Positions 1 through 11,604 of a DNA stretch of 64,000 bases are shown here, in pieces. Positions within the stretch are counted from its first letter, which is position 1, and each line of letters starts with the position of its first letter. A program made the translations under genes and the position numbers. This stretch comes from Octopus bimaculoides (taxonomy: Eukaryota). The notes beneath the pieces were generated by a model. That model made no database searches. It was not told the DNA's origin and saw only the letters and a program-made list of their open reading frames with translations. The stretch is taken from positions 13,078,552 to 13,142,551 of the forward strand of contig NC_069002.1 in assembly GCF_001194135.2 (NCBI RefSeq). Reading direction: 5' to 3'.

Positions 1-625
1 AGTGTTTCTGTGTGGAAGTGAATGTGGGTGTGCATAACCTAGAAAAGACTGAGAAATGTAGAAAAGATAAGGTTGGAATTGTTGTTTAAAAGGCAGAGAA
101 GAGAAGATCTGTGAGATTATTAGAAAAGATAAAGGTGGTGGGGTGAGTTGTGAGAGGAGAGAGAGAGAGAGATTTAGTTAACATACACAACAATTCCTTA
201 GATAATATTCTCTCTGAAATAACAAACAAGCTGTCAAAGGTACACAAACACACATACATATGCATAAATACATACATACATAAATATATATATATATATA
301 TATATNNNNNNNNNNNNNNNNNNNNNNNNNNNNNNNNNNNNNNNNNNNNNNNNNNNNNNNNNNNNNNNNNNNNNNNNNNNNNNNNNNNNNNNNNNNNNNN
401 NNNNNNNNNNNNNNNNNNNNNNNNNNNNNNNNNNNNNNNNNNNNNNNNNNNNNNNNNNNNNNNNNNNNNNNNNNNNNNNNNNNNNNNNNNNNNNNNNNNN
501 NNNNNNNNNNNNNNNNNNNNNNNNNNNNNNNNNNNNNNNNNNNNNNNNNNNNNNNNNNNNNNNNNNNNNNNNNNNNNNNNNNNNNNNNNNNNNNNNNNNN
601 NNNNNNNNNNNNNNNNNNNNNNNNN

Positions 626-667
<42 letters not shown>

Positions 668-1507
668 TCATACACATATCTATATATAAATTCCTACATA
701 TGCTTGGAAACAGGTGAAGGTTAGCAATAGAAAGGGCATTTGGCCATAAAATAGCAAATTCCGTCTGACTCATGCAGGCACGGAAAAATGGATGTTAAAA
801 TGATGACTTTTACAGACACACAAGCAACATTGCTCATTTTCAGTGTTCTATGGATAACATGTCTGGTCATGGGGAAATAGTACCTTTCTTGGAAACAGGT
901 AAGGGTTGATGACAGGAAGGACATCCAGCTGTAGGAAATCTGCATCAATGAACTTCATTTGACCCAGGCAAACATGGAAAAGTGGACGTCAAATGATGAT
1001 GATGATGATGATGGTGATTGTGTATTTTTGCAGTTGAAGTAGACAAGATCATTATGGCACCAGTTTAGGTTTGATGTAAGGTGTCTAGACTGCATGTGAA
1101 AGGTGTTGAGATGTAGAGTGTTAGGAAGGAGTGAAAGGTGATATCAAGTATATAGGAATGGGTGTTGGAGAGGATGTCAAGAAGTTTATTAATGCATAAG
1201 AGAAGTGTAGAAGGGAGGGGGGATAATCAAAACCAAACCCTGAGACACACAGGAATTAATAAGTGTGTGGGTGCTGTTTTTCTCAGATGGTGCCCAACTG
1301 ACCATACTATACTGTGTAGTCGACAAAATCAAAAACAATGTGCATAATTAAGAATATAAAATGGCAACAATTTACCCATTGCATCCTGAATATATATACA
1401 AACACACACACATACAGTACTGATCCGTGATAGAAAATTCAATAAAAGAAGTACTCTATCTGGTGAGAGACAAATATTATTTATTTATAGGTCACCTTTA
1501 AATAAAT

Positions 1508-1539
<32 letters not shown>

Positions 1540-1540
1540 T

Positions 1541-1850
1541 CATCATCATCATCGTTTAACGTCCGCCTTCCATGCTAGCATGGGTTGGACGATTTGACTG
1601 AGGACTGGTGAACCAGATGGCTGCACCAGGCTCCAATCTGATTTGGAAGAGTTTCTACAGCTGGATGCCCTTCTTAACGCCTACCACTCAGAGAGTGTAG
1701 TGGGTGCTTTTACGTGCCACCGGCATGAAGGCCAGTCAGGCGGTACTGGCAATGGCCACACTCAAAATGATGTATTTTATGTGCCACCTGCACAGCAGCC
1801 AGTCCAGCAGTACTGGCAACGATCTTGCTCGAATGTCTTTACACGTGCCT
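1541..1850 (-). mobile_element. RTE-3'-end-type short repeat with (ATG)n tail (family C; also 24143-24775, 29915-30085, 54212-54575, 55295-55411 and many fragments)
   Basis: (cat)n-cgtttaacgtccgc..ccatgctagcatgggttggacg..ctacagctggatgcccttcct; shares sequence with the region downstream of the RTE ORF at 3900-4130. Confidence 0.85.
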
Positions 1851-1902
<52 letters not shown>

Positions 1903-3899
1903 CGGGTTTCTTTCAGTTTCCCTTTATCAAAACCACTCACGAGTCTTTGGTTGGCCTCGTGAAAGACCCTTGCCCAAGGTGCTACACAGCAAGCTTCTTA
2001 CGACACAGCTACGCCTGTGCTTATGATAGGATTTTTTTAAACATCGAATGGCTATGAGGGCCTGTGCAAATGAAATAGGGATCAAAGGGGTCCATAGGTA
2101 AAAAATAAAAAAAATAGGTCCTGGTTGCTCTGATGGACAGACATGAGATCTTGTGTTAGGGAAGCTGTTCTGATGTCATTTATGAGGAAGAGAAATTCAA
2201 AGTGAAAGAGAAAGTTGTTAATGGGTGATTCCATCACATTTGTAATATTGGGTGTGTCTGTGGTAGGATGACAAATGTCAGGGTCAGAGAATGGGAAGCG
2301 TTGCAGTAGGATTCCAAAGAATATTGCATTTTGTTTCGTTTTTTTTTTTTCTGAGGTTGATAAAATAAAATACCAGATAAGAAATGCCTTGTTTGTGGAT
2401 TTGGTAGATGGAAACAGAGAGAATCCTGAGAGCATTACACTGTAGAACACTGCCTCAATATATCTCAAGCAAACTGTGCCACAATGGAAAGAGCAAATGT
2501 GAAAATGATAATAGTGACGGTGCTGATGATGATAGTGATGGTGATGATACAAAATGATAAAAGTTGGCAAATTTCTATAAGTTGCAGGGTAGATAAGAAT
2601 ACTGATCATTTTTAGCAAAGCCTTTTGTCAAGGAGATAGAGAAAGAGAGATATATAAAAAAAAATATCTATGATAGCACTGAGAATATAGGTTTCCTCCT
2701 TAGAATCTGCTTATTTTTGCATCTAACTTTTATTTACACGAGCTGGAATATGAAATTGTTTTCGTCTAGGCAGGAAGCCAGGTCATACAACTGTATGAGA
2801 GAGCACTGATATTAATAAAGAATTTCTTTATCCTTTCCTCTCAGTCTTATCCTAACAGTGGACCCCATTAATAAAATTTATTCCTTCTCTCTTTTAAGTG
2901 TATATATATATATATATAAACGATAATAAGAGTGAAAAAACTACAGAAGGCTTGTGTTACATGGTTAAAGTATATATTTAAATTATGTCAGAAAAATGTA
3001 ATAAAAATGTAATAAAAATGTTATAAAATCTTTTTGGTATATAAACATTATATTTTGAGAAATAACCGGTTTCGTGTTGTCTTTTCAAATTTCTCTACTT
3101 CATTGTGTCGTAAAACAAATGATATATAAGCATATGCATGTATATCTACATCTACATGTATATATAGATGCATATTTGGGTACAGGACGTTAGAAAAATG
3201 AACGGGAGCATAAAAAACAAAATGGACTTTGTTTACAGACAACAGAACGAACACATAGGAAAACAAACAAGCCACTTGGAATTATTCCTTCATTAGCTGC
3301 CTCTATTCTAAAACTAGGCGTTTTGAAGATAAGGCAGGGCACTCTTAGAGTAGTTTCTTCCTGAGTAGTAGATTAACCTAATATGTACATACATACACAT
3401 ATATACACACACACATATATATACATACACACACACACACACACATACATACACACACACACACACACATTATTAATAAAGCTGGAAAGGCATCAAACAA
3501 ACTGTTACTCAGAGTTTCACATTCTGATTTGTCAGACAGTTTTGGTGTGTACACACATACATTCTTTTACTTGTTTCAGTCATCTGGCTGCGGCCATGCT
3601 GGAGCACCACTTTTAGCTGAACAAATCAACCCCAGAACATATTCTTTGTAAGTTTAGTACTTATCCTACCAGTTCCTTTTGCTGAACTGCTAAGTTACAG
3701 GGACGTAAACACCAACTTCGGTTGTCAAGTGATGATGGGGGGGGGGGACAAACACAGACACACAAACATATACACACCAAATCCACTGACGAGGCTTTGG
3801 TTGGCCCAAGGCTATAGTAGAAGACACTTGCCCAAGGTGTCATGCAGTGGGACTGAACCCAGAACCATGTGGTTGGTAAGCACTGGGTCTGGGAAGCTA

Positions 3900-4560
3900 G
3901 GAGGCTGAACCAGGCTCCAGTCTGATCTGACAGTGTTTCTACAGCTGGATGTCCTTCCTAATGCCAACCACTCTGAGAGTGTAGTGGGTGCTTTTTACGT
4001 GCCACCAGCACAGGGGCCAGAGGAGGCTGGCAACGACCACAATTGGTTGGTGCTTTTTACGTACCACTGGCACGGGGATCACAACTACAATTTCCATTTG
4101 ATTTTGATTTTTATGTACTTGACTCAATAGGTCTCCTCAAGCACAGCATGTTGCCCTACAATCCAAGGTACTTTTGAGTGGGCTGGCTATGTGACACTAG
4201 TGTAGGTTACAACTGTGAAATCACTTTATTTGCTGGGTCTTCTCAGTCACTGCATATCTCCAGAGGTTTCGGTCTTTTGTCATTGCCTCTGAGGCCCAAC
4301 GTTCAAAGGTCATGCTTCACCACCTCATCCCATGTCTTCCTAGGTCTCCCTCTACCCTGGATTCCTTCAACTGTTTGGGAGTGGCACTTCTTCACACAGC
4401 TCTCCTCATCCATCCATAGTACATGACCATACCAACGCAAACGTCTCTCTTGCACGCCGCATCCGATGCTTCTCAGGGCACCTACACTCTGTCGTTTGTG
4501 CACACTGACACTACACATCCAGCGGATCATGCTAGCTTCATTTCTTTCGATGTTTAACAC
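3900..4560 (-). mobile_element. RTE-clade LINE 3' fragment (ORF2 C-terminus plus 3' UTR)
   Basis: ORF 4303..4671(-) contains EASMIRWMCSVS...QERRLRWYGHV..M...GRGRPRKTWDEVVK, the typical RTE C-terminal signature. Confidence 0.85.
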
Positions 4561-4899
4561 TTTCTTTACTCTCAGTGTCCTGTCAACAGGGATCTCAGTC
4601 CACACAGTATGAAGATATGATATAAAGGAGCACTCTGTCAGTAACAACGACGAGGGTCCCAGCTGATACAATCAACGGAACAGCTTGCTCATGATGTAGG
4701 CGATTTCTTTTCTGTCTTTGGACTTTTCCTTTTCTCCTTTCTGACGAAGAGTTATGCTCTAAATGTCGAAAACTCTCTCTTCTTACTGAGCATCAAACTA
4801 ATACATTCCTTGTGCACATCCTCTTGTTATCTGCTCTTGTCAACTTTATTGTTCATTTATCTGAATTGACTATGTGTATGTGTATACATATGCATATAT

Positions 4900-4946
<47 letters not shown>

Positions 4947-5016
4947 TATATATATATACATATATACACACACACACATATATATATATATGCATATACA
5001 CACACATATACACAAA

Positions 5017-5262
5017 TGTGGAGGTGCGTAGCTTAGTGGTTAGAGTCTTGTACTCATGATCATAAGATTGTGGTTTTGATTCCTGGACTGGGTGATGCAC
5101 TGTGTTCTTGAGCAAAACTCTTCATTTCATGTTACTCCAGTCCACTCAGCTGGCAAAAATAAGTAATCCTGCTACGGACCAGCGTTCCGGTCCAGGTGGG
5201 GGATATATACGCCATGAAACCGGCCCTTGTGAATCAGCAAGACTTGAGAAGGTAACTTTACC
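5017..5262 (+). mobile_element. tRNA-derived SINE family E (also about 55925-56160, 33125-33260, 37620-37750)
   Basis: tagcttagtggttag..ggttttgattcctgg..tgtgttcttgagcaaaac..ctccagtccactcagct; the central part resembles the V-SINE domain (from recollection). Confidence 0.7.
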
Positions 5263-5944
5263 TTTACCATATGTATGTGTGTGCATGTGCACACACACAC
5301 ACGTTTTCTGAAGGCAGACAAAAGTACCTGAACTTGTAAACATTCTTATACACATGTATGCATATACTACACACATACTTCATATATTATACATAGATAT
5401 TTTATGCATAAACATATTCATGTCATTTTCACTGAGTGTGTGTGAATGTGTGTGTATACCATCACCAACAACATTGTTATCGCCATTATAACCATCATCA
5501 TTATCATTGTCGTCATCATCACCACCATCATTATTATCCTCCTCATCGCGCTCATCATAACGAGCTCGGGACTGACGTCAATTCCTCTTGGTGCTGACGT
5601 GAGTCGACAGAAGATGTAAAGATGAAATACTGACATAAACGAAAATATTTTGGTTTCAGTTGAGGAAATTGCTGGAATATTAAGTGTGGGTGCGGCGGAG
5701 ACGGCAGAAAAGGTGTAAAATATATTTTGGCTGATGGTTACTATTACTACCAGCATGGTGGCATAGTGTGTTGGGTAATCCTGCAATGTTAACGACTGCG
5801 CTGCCATCATCGCCTGCACCGCCACCCACCTACTTCAGGTAAGTAACTGCTCTGAGTATACCAGGTATGTTGACGTAGTTTCACTTTGTTGTCAATTCAT
5901 GATTCACCTTCAAAACTATAAATATATGTACGTGCGTGCATGCA

Positions 5945-5986
<42 letters not shown>

Positions 5987-6239
5987 CACTATATATACTA
6001 TTTTACTTGTTTCAGTCATTTGACTGCAGCCATGCTGGAGCACTGCCTTTAGTCGAGCAAATCGACCCCAGGACTTATTCTTTGTAAGCCTAGTACTTAT
6101 TCTATCGGTCTCTTTTTGCCGAACCGCTAAGTTACGGGGACGTAAACACACTAGCATCGGTTGACAAGTGATGTTGGGGGCACAAACACAGACACACAAA
6201 CATACACACACACACATATATACACAGACACACAAACAT

Positions 6240-6270
<31 letters not shown>

Positions 6271-7015
6271 CATATACATACATACATACGACGGGCTCCT
6301 TTCAGTTTCCGTCTACCAAATCCACTCACAAGGCTTTGGTCGGCCCGAGGCTATAGTAGAAGACACTTGCCCAAGATGACAAGCAGTGGGACTGAACCCG
6401 GAACCATGTGGTTTGTAAGCAAGCTACTTACCACACAGTCACTCCTATGCCTATATATAGATATGTGTATATTTATATACACACACATATGATTTCACTT
6501 TTGTATTTGTTATTGGCATAATGACCCGCCCTGGATAGTGTGTGTGTGTGTGTGTGATATTGGATGTTAAATGATGATGATGATATGCATGTATGTGTAT
6601 GCATGTCGCTACTCTTTCTAGTGACAAGAAAACAAAAACAACAGTAATAACAACAACAACAAAACTGCAACGAGAAGAACAAAACAAGAACAAGAGGAAG
6701 ATCATGTCAAAAACAACAGAACACATTGAATAATGTAGTCCAAGATGTACAATTCTTGTCCCAAAGAAAATTTCCCTCTGATGTCGAGGTGTGGGAAATT
6801 TTAGATTCCAAGGAGGAAATTTGGGGATTCCTGTGGGGAATTGGTTTTAGATTGAATATCTCCTTATTAGCATTGGCATCCTTTTTGGTGGTAAGTTGGC
6901 AAAACCATGACTGCATTGGACAAAATGCTTAACGGCATTTCTTTTGGTTCTTTATATTCTGAGTTCAAAAGCTGGCAGGGTCAACTTTACCTTTCATTTT
7001 TTCAGGGTTAATGTT

Positions 7016-7408
7016 GGCGCAGGAGTGGCTGTGTGGTAAGTAGCTTGCTTACCAACCACATGGTTCCGGGTCCAGTCCCACTGTGTGGCACCTTGGGCAA
7101 GTGTCTTCTACTATAGCCTCGGGCCGACCAAAGCCTTGTGAGTGGATTTGGTAGACGGAAACTGAAAGAAGCCCGTCGTATATATGTATATATATGTATG
7201 TGTGTTTGTATGTCTGTGTTTGTCCCCCCAGCATTGTTTGACAACCGATGCTGGTGTGTTTAGGTCCCCTTAACTTAGCGGTTCGGCAAAAAGAGACCGA
7301 TAGAATAAGTACTAGGCTTACAAAGAATAAGTCCTGGGGTCAATTTGCTCGACTATAGGCGGTGCTCCAGCATGGCCGCAGTCAAATGACTGAAACAAGT
7401 AAAAGAGT
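7016..7408 (+). mobile_element. tRNA-derived SINE family A with internal (TA/TG)n; other copies near 3560-3880(-), 5998-6450(-), 11368-12212(+), 25335-25720(-), 44170-44585(-), 46880-47246(+), 63556-63966(+)
   Basis: Pol III A box tggctgtgtgg, B box ggttc[a/c]agtccc; conserved body ggcaccttgggcaagtgtcttctactatagcc; tail tgactgaaacaagtaaaagag. Confidence 0.88.
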
Positions 7409-7478
7409 ACTACAATCAATATAGTTGACTTTACTACCTCTCTTCACAATTGCTAACCTAATGCTAAAACTAGAAAGA

Positions 7479-7526
<48 letters not shown>

Positions 7527-7527
<1 letters not shown>

Positions 7528-8520
7528 GGGTGGCAAGCTGGCAGAATCACGAGCATGCAAGGCGAAATGCTTAGCAGTATTTTGCCTTTCGCTACATTCT
7601 GAGTTCAAATTGCACCGAGGTCAACTCTGCCTTTCATCCTTTCAGGGTTGATAAAATAAGTACCAGTCAAACACTGGGATTGATATAATCGACTAGTCCG
7701 CACCACACACATTTGAGGCCTTGTGCTTCCAGTAGAAAGGATTATTATTATTATTATTATTATTATTAGGGTTGTGAGCTGGCAGAAATGTTAGCACGCC
7801 GGGCAAAACGCTTAGTGGCATTTAATGTCTTTACATTCTCAGTTCAAATTCTGTCGAAGTCGACTTTGCCTTTCATCCTTTAGGGGTCAATAAAATAAGG
7901 ACCAGTCAAGCACTGGGGCTGGTGTGATTGACTTACTCCCTCCCACGAAACTGCTGACCTCATGTCAAAATTCGAAATCATCATCATCATGATTATTATT
8001 ATTATTATTTCCTACCCCTGCATGGAAGACGGACGTTAAATGATGATTATCATTATTATAAAGGTGGTAACCTGGCAGAATCATTTGCAAGCCAGACAAA
8101 ATGATCAGTGGCATTCCATCCATCTTTGTGTCCAGAGTTTAAATCCTGCTGAGGTCAACTTGCCTTCTCATCCTCTCATGATCAATAGAATAAGTACCAG
8201 CTGAGCACTGGAGTTGATGTAATCAACTTCCCCCACCACCACTGACACTGTAGGCCTCATGCCAAAATTTGAAACCATTATTATTATTATTAAGGTGGTA
8301 AGCTAGCAGAATCATTTGGATGCCAGACAAAATTTTAACTGGCATTCCATTCATCTTTATGCTCTGAGTTCAAATTCCACCGAGGTCAACTTTACCTTTC
8401 ATTCTTTCAGGGTCAATAAAGTAAGCGCTAGTTGAGCTTAGAGGTTGATGTAAGCAATTATCCCCCTCTCCCAAAATATCAAGCATCGAGCCCATAGCAG
8501 AAAGGATTATTATTATTATC
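7527..8520 (+). mobile_element. Four head-to-tail copies of tRNA-derived SINE family B separated by (TTA)n
   Basis: Repeated ggtggNNagctggcagaatc..gagttcaaattcc..gaggtcaactttgcctttcatcc..gataaaataagtaccag at about 7527, 7768, 8060 and 8292. Confidence 0.85.
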
Positions 8521-9553
8521 ATCATCCTCTTCTTTCAATTTTGTTCCCATTTCTTTCCAAGTGTCTTCCCGACACCTAGGCCATGGCACTTGAGTAAGAC
8601 ATAAATAAACCCAACATGGTTGGGAAGCTTCTTACCACACAGCTATGCATGCAGCTACATATGTATGTAGCATTTAAAATTTATGACAGCTGCTTTGGTA
8701 GAATTTCATTTAAGACAGTTGTAAAAGATTATATCATAACATACAATCCACCATCATCAGATATGATTTTCAAAACATTAAGATTTTCAAAATGGTAACA
8801 TTTTAAACATCAATCCAAACATAGCCAATGTTAGCTGGACTAACGATGCATTTAAGCTTTACATTTGAATAAATAGAAGACTGAAGTGTGGCTTAAAACA
8901 GGCAAATGAGAAATAAAAAAGATCATATAAATACACAATCTAAGTTAGTTGATTGTTTAACAATGATACTAAATAATCTAAGAAATCAATAGACATAGCA
9001 ATACCAAAGATAGAGATAGATGGATAGATAAACAAATAGATTGATTGGATGAAGACAGACGTATAGACTATATGCAATATATAGTAGTATTTATATTGTA
9101 ACTAAGCTTTTCACTGCAATTTGCCAGAGAGAAAAAATTCTAACTTAAAACAAAAAAGGTGTTACAACACTATGCTCAACTCAGAGGTATCATTATTGAA
9201 CTGATGGATGCATTTCAAACTCATTAGTACTCTTCTGCACCAGATGCTGTTGATTTTAACACCTTTTTGCCTTAAGTAAAACATTTTTCTCCACAACAAA
9301 CTACAGAGAAAAGCTTTTACAAGTTCAAATACATCTCAAGCATATTTGAACTGGTTTTAAGTTGATAGAATAAAGATGGTCCTTGGCACTGATAATATTG
9401 ACTGTGGTCCTTACTACTCAGCAAGAAGTCTAGGTTTGTAAGGGCTGGACCCCAATATTAGGGGAAAGAAACAGATACTGAGAAAAGACAAAGAAAGAGA
9501 GAATAAAAGAGACATAAAAAGGAAAGGGAAAATACATTAATAAAAAAACTTAC

Positions 9554-9648
9554 TCTTTAGCAAAAGCTAACTCTGCAGGTGAAAATAACGAGTGTCCTTC
9601 ATCTTCACTATTGTCCTTGTTGATATAATGGGCAGCATGAGATTGGAT
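9554..9648 (-). CDS. GINS4: GINS4 coding exon 4 (IQSHAAH...LAFAKE)
   Basis: ttcag|ATC ... AAA GA|gtaagt, 95 nt; lies within ORF 9550..9957(-). Confidence 0.9.
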
Positions 9649-11544
9649 CTGAAGTGATTGAATGAGAGAATAAGTGCGATGTTTGGAGGGAGTGAGGGAG
9701 GAAGGGAGATGGATGGATGGATGGATGGATGGAGCAGAGAAAGAAGAAAAGGATGAATGAATGATGAGTAGCTGGATAAACTGACAGATAGACAGAGACA
9801 GACACTTGGAAGATGAATGAACAGACAGAGACAAATGGAAGGACACACAGACAAGTAGAGGAATGGCTAGAGAGATAAATAGATAGATAGATAGTGGAAT
9901 GGATGAACAATGAGATGAACAAATAGACAAACAAACAGATAGGATAACGATATACAAGGTAATTCAAAATAAATGGTACAAAAAGAAAATATACCTGTGA
10001 ATTATAACGAATATACTGCTAGAAAACAGGTGTAACATGAAAGGCTATCTCTTCAAGTTTCTACTGACAGTCACAGATATTCAACATGGGTGCCCTTTGC
10101 CACATGGCAGATGTCTACATGATAGTCTAGTTCTTGCCACACCGGTGCCAGCAGCATATCCTTATCGACCGAGTTGACTGTATCACCTATCTGCTACGTT
10201 AACTCCTGTGAAAGTTGGGGTATGAACACTTTGTCTTTCAGATACCCTCCCCACAAAGGAAAGAGCCACAAGAGAGCTAGGTCAGGGGGACCTGAGAGGC
10301 CAGACCTTCAATGGTAAATCATTGCCCCAGCATGAAACCATGTGGTTGCAAAGCAAGCTTCTTAACCACACATTATTCATATTAAAATTTTCGATATGGA
10401 TTTGCACAAATATATTTCAAACCTCCATACAGCATTTCAATTAACCTTCAGAATAGTCAGGCAGCTGACCTAATGACCTGGAACTTTTGGGCTAGAAAGA
10501 TAATCTTTCCAAAGATATATGTGTGTGTGTGTGTGTCTAATTTTATCAAGTTGATGGATGGATACATACGTGTGTGTGTATGATAAATGAAAAAGACGGA
10601 AGATAAAAGATGCGAGAATGTATATTAATCATTACAATTGTTTCGACCCATCTAGCATTGATCTCTCATGGGTAGGATACTTAACAACTGGTTTAGGAGT
10701 ATCCGTCAGCATAGATGTGTCTCTTCAGGTGATTACAAGATGTATCTCAGTAAAACAACAGCTGTTCTACAAGATACCTTCTTAGTTTGTGTATAGAAAA
10801 GCAACATGTATGTATGTACATGTATTCTTTGTTAGGTTACCAGTTTATATTGTGTGTGTGTGTGTGTGTGTATGTGAATACACTTTACCAGGTTACTGTT
10901 TACAAAGTAAGCATGTATGTATGTATATGTCTGTACTTGTTTAAATTTTTCTCTCACTTAAGATTCAGATTCTCTTTCTTTTTATATGAATTCAAATAAC
11001 AATACACTTTATGTATATTTTAAAATTGGGTCCCTCTTTCTCAGATGCAGAAACATCAATGTCCTTTATCTTAAAAAAGAAGAGTAAAAAATAATCAAAG
11101 ATACTGAGTTGTCATCTAGAAACAGATAAAAAATTAAAAGTGCGTCTTACCTTTTCTAGACGTATTCGTAAATAACTGTTCAACACAAACCTCACTCGGT
11201 CCAGCTAGAAATTAAAAATAAAAGATTCAGAATTTAGAAGTAAGTCTGTGTATGTGACCATGATTTGGGAGAAGATTACGCTATTATTTCTTCATGGTCA
11301 AGTGACCATGTGGAAGTTTTAACGTATCCATTGATAGAAATCAACAAAAGAGGGGGGGAAATGGTATTGAGGAGTGGCTGTGTGGTAAGTAGCTTGCTTA
11401 CCAACCACATGGTTCCGGGTTCAGTCCCACTGCGTGGCATCTTGGGCAAGTGTCTTCTACTATAGCCTCGGGCCGACCAAAGCCTTGTGAGTGGATTTGG
11501 TAGACAGAAACTAAAAGAAGGCCGTTGTATATATGTGTGTGTTT

Positions 11545-11604
<60 letters not shown>

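Noticed and set aside
150-773. Long ORFs spanning N gaps, and YIYI/HTHT/CVCV, poly-L/Y/N and K/E-rich ORFs throughout the window
   Set aside because: They are translations of gaps, microsatellites or the CT tract, not proteins
1050-1200. Minus-strand LLLCINKLLDILSNTHSY resembling a CR1/L2 RT motif (similar hints at 1-150 and 2150-2500)
   Set aside because: Too degraded to call by eye; the YADD motif is absent
2845-2880. Possible terminal exon SYPNSGPH* with AATAAA on the + strand
   Set aside because: No upstream exons or homology found; such signals arise by chance in AT-rich DNA
9420-9486. Possible alternative GINS4 terminal exon (DICFFPLILGSSPYKPRLLAE*) after a 66-nt intron
   Set aside because: No SLD5 similarity and no evidence beyond an AG acceptor
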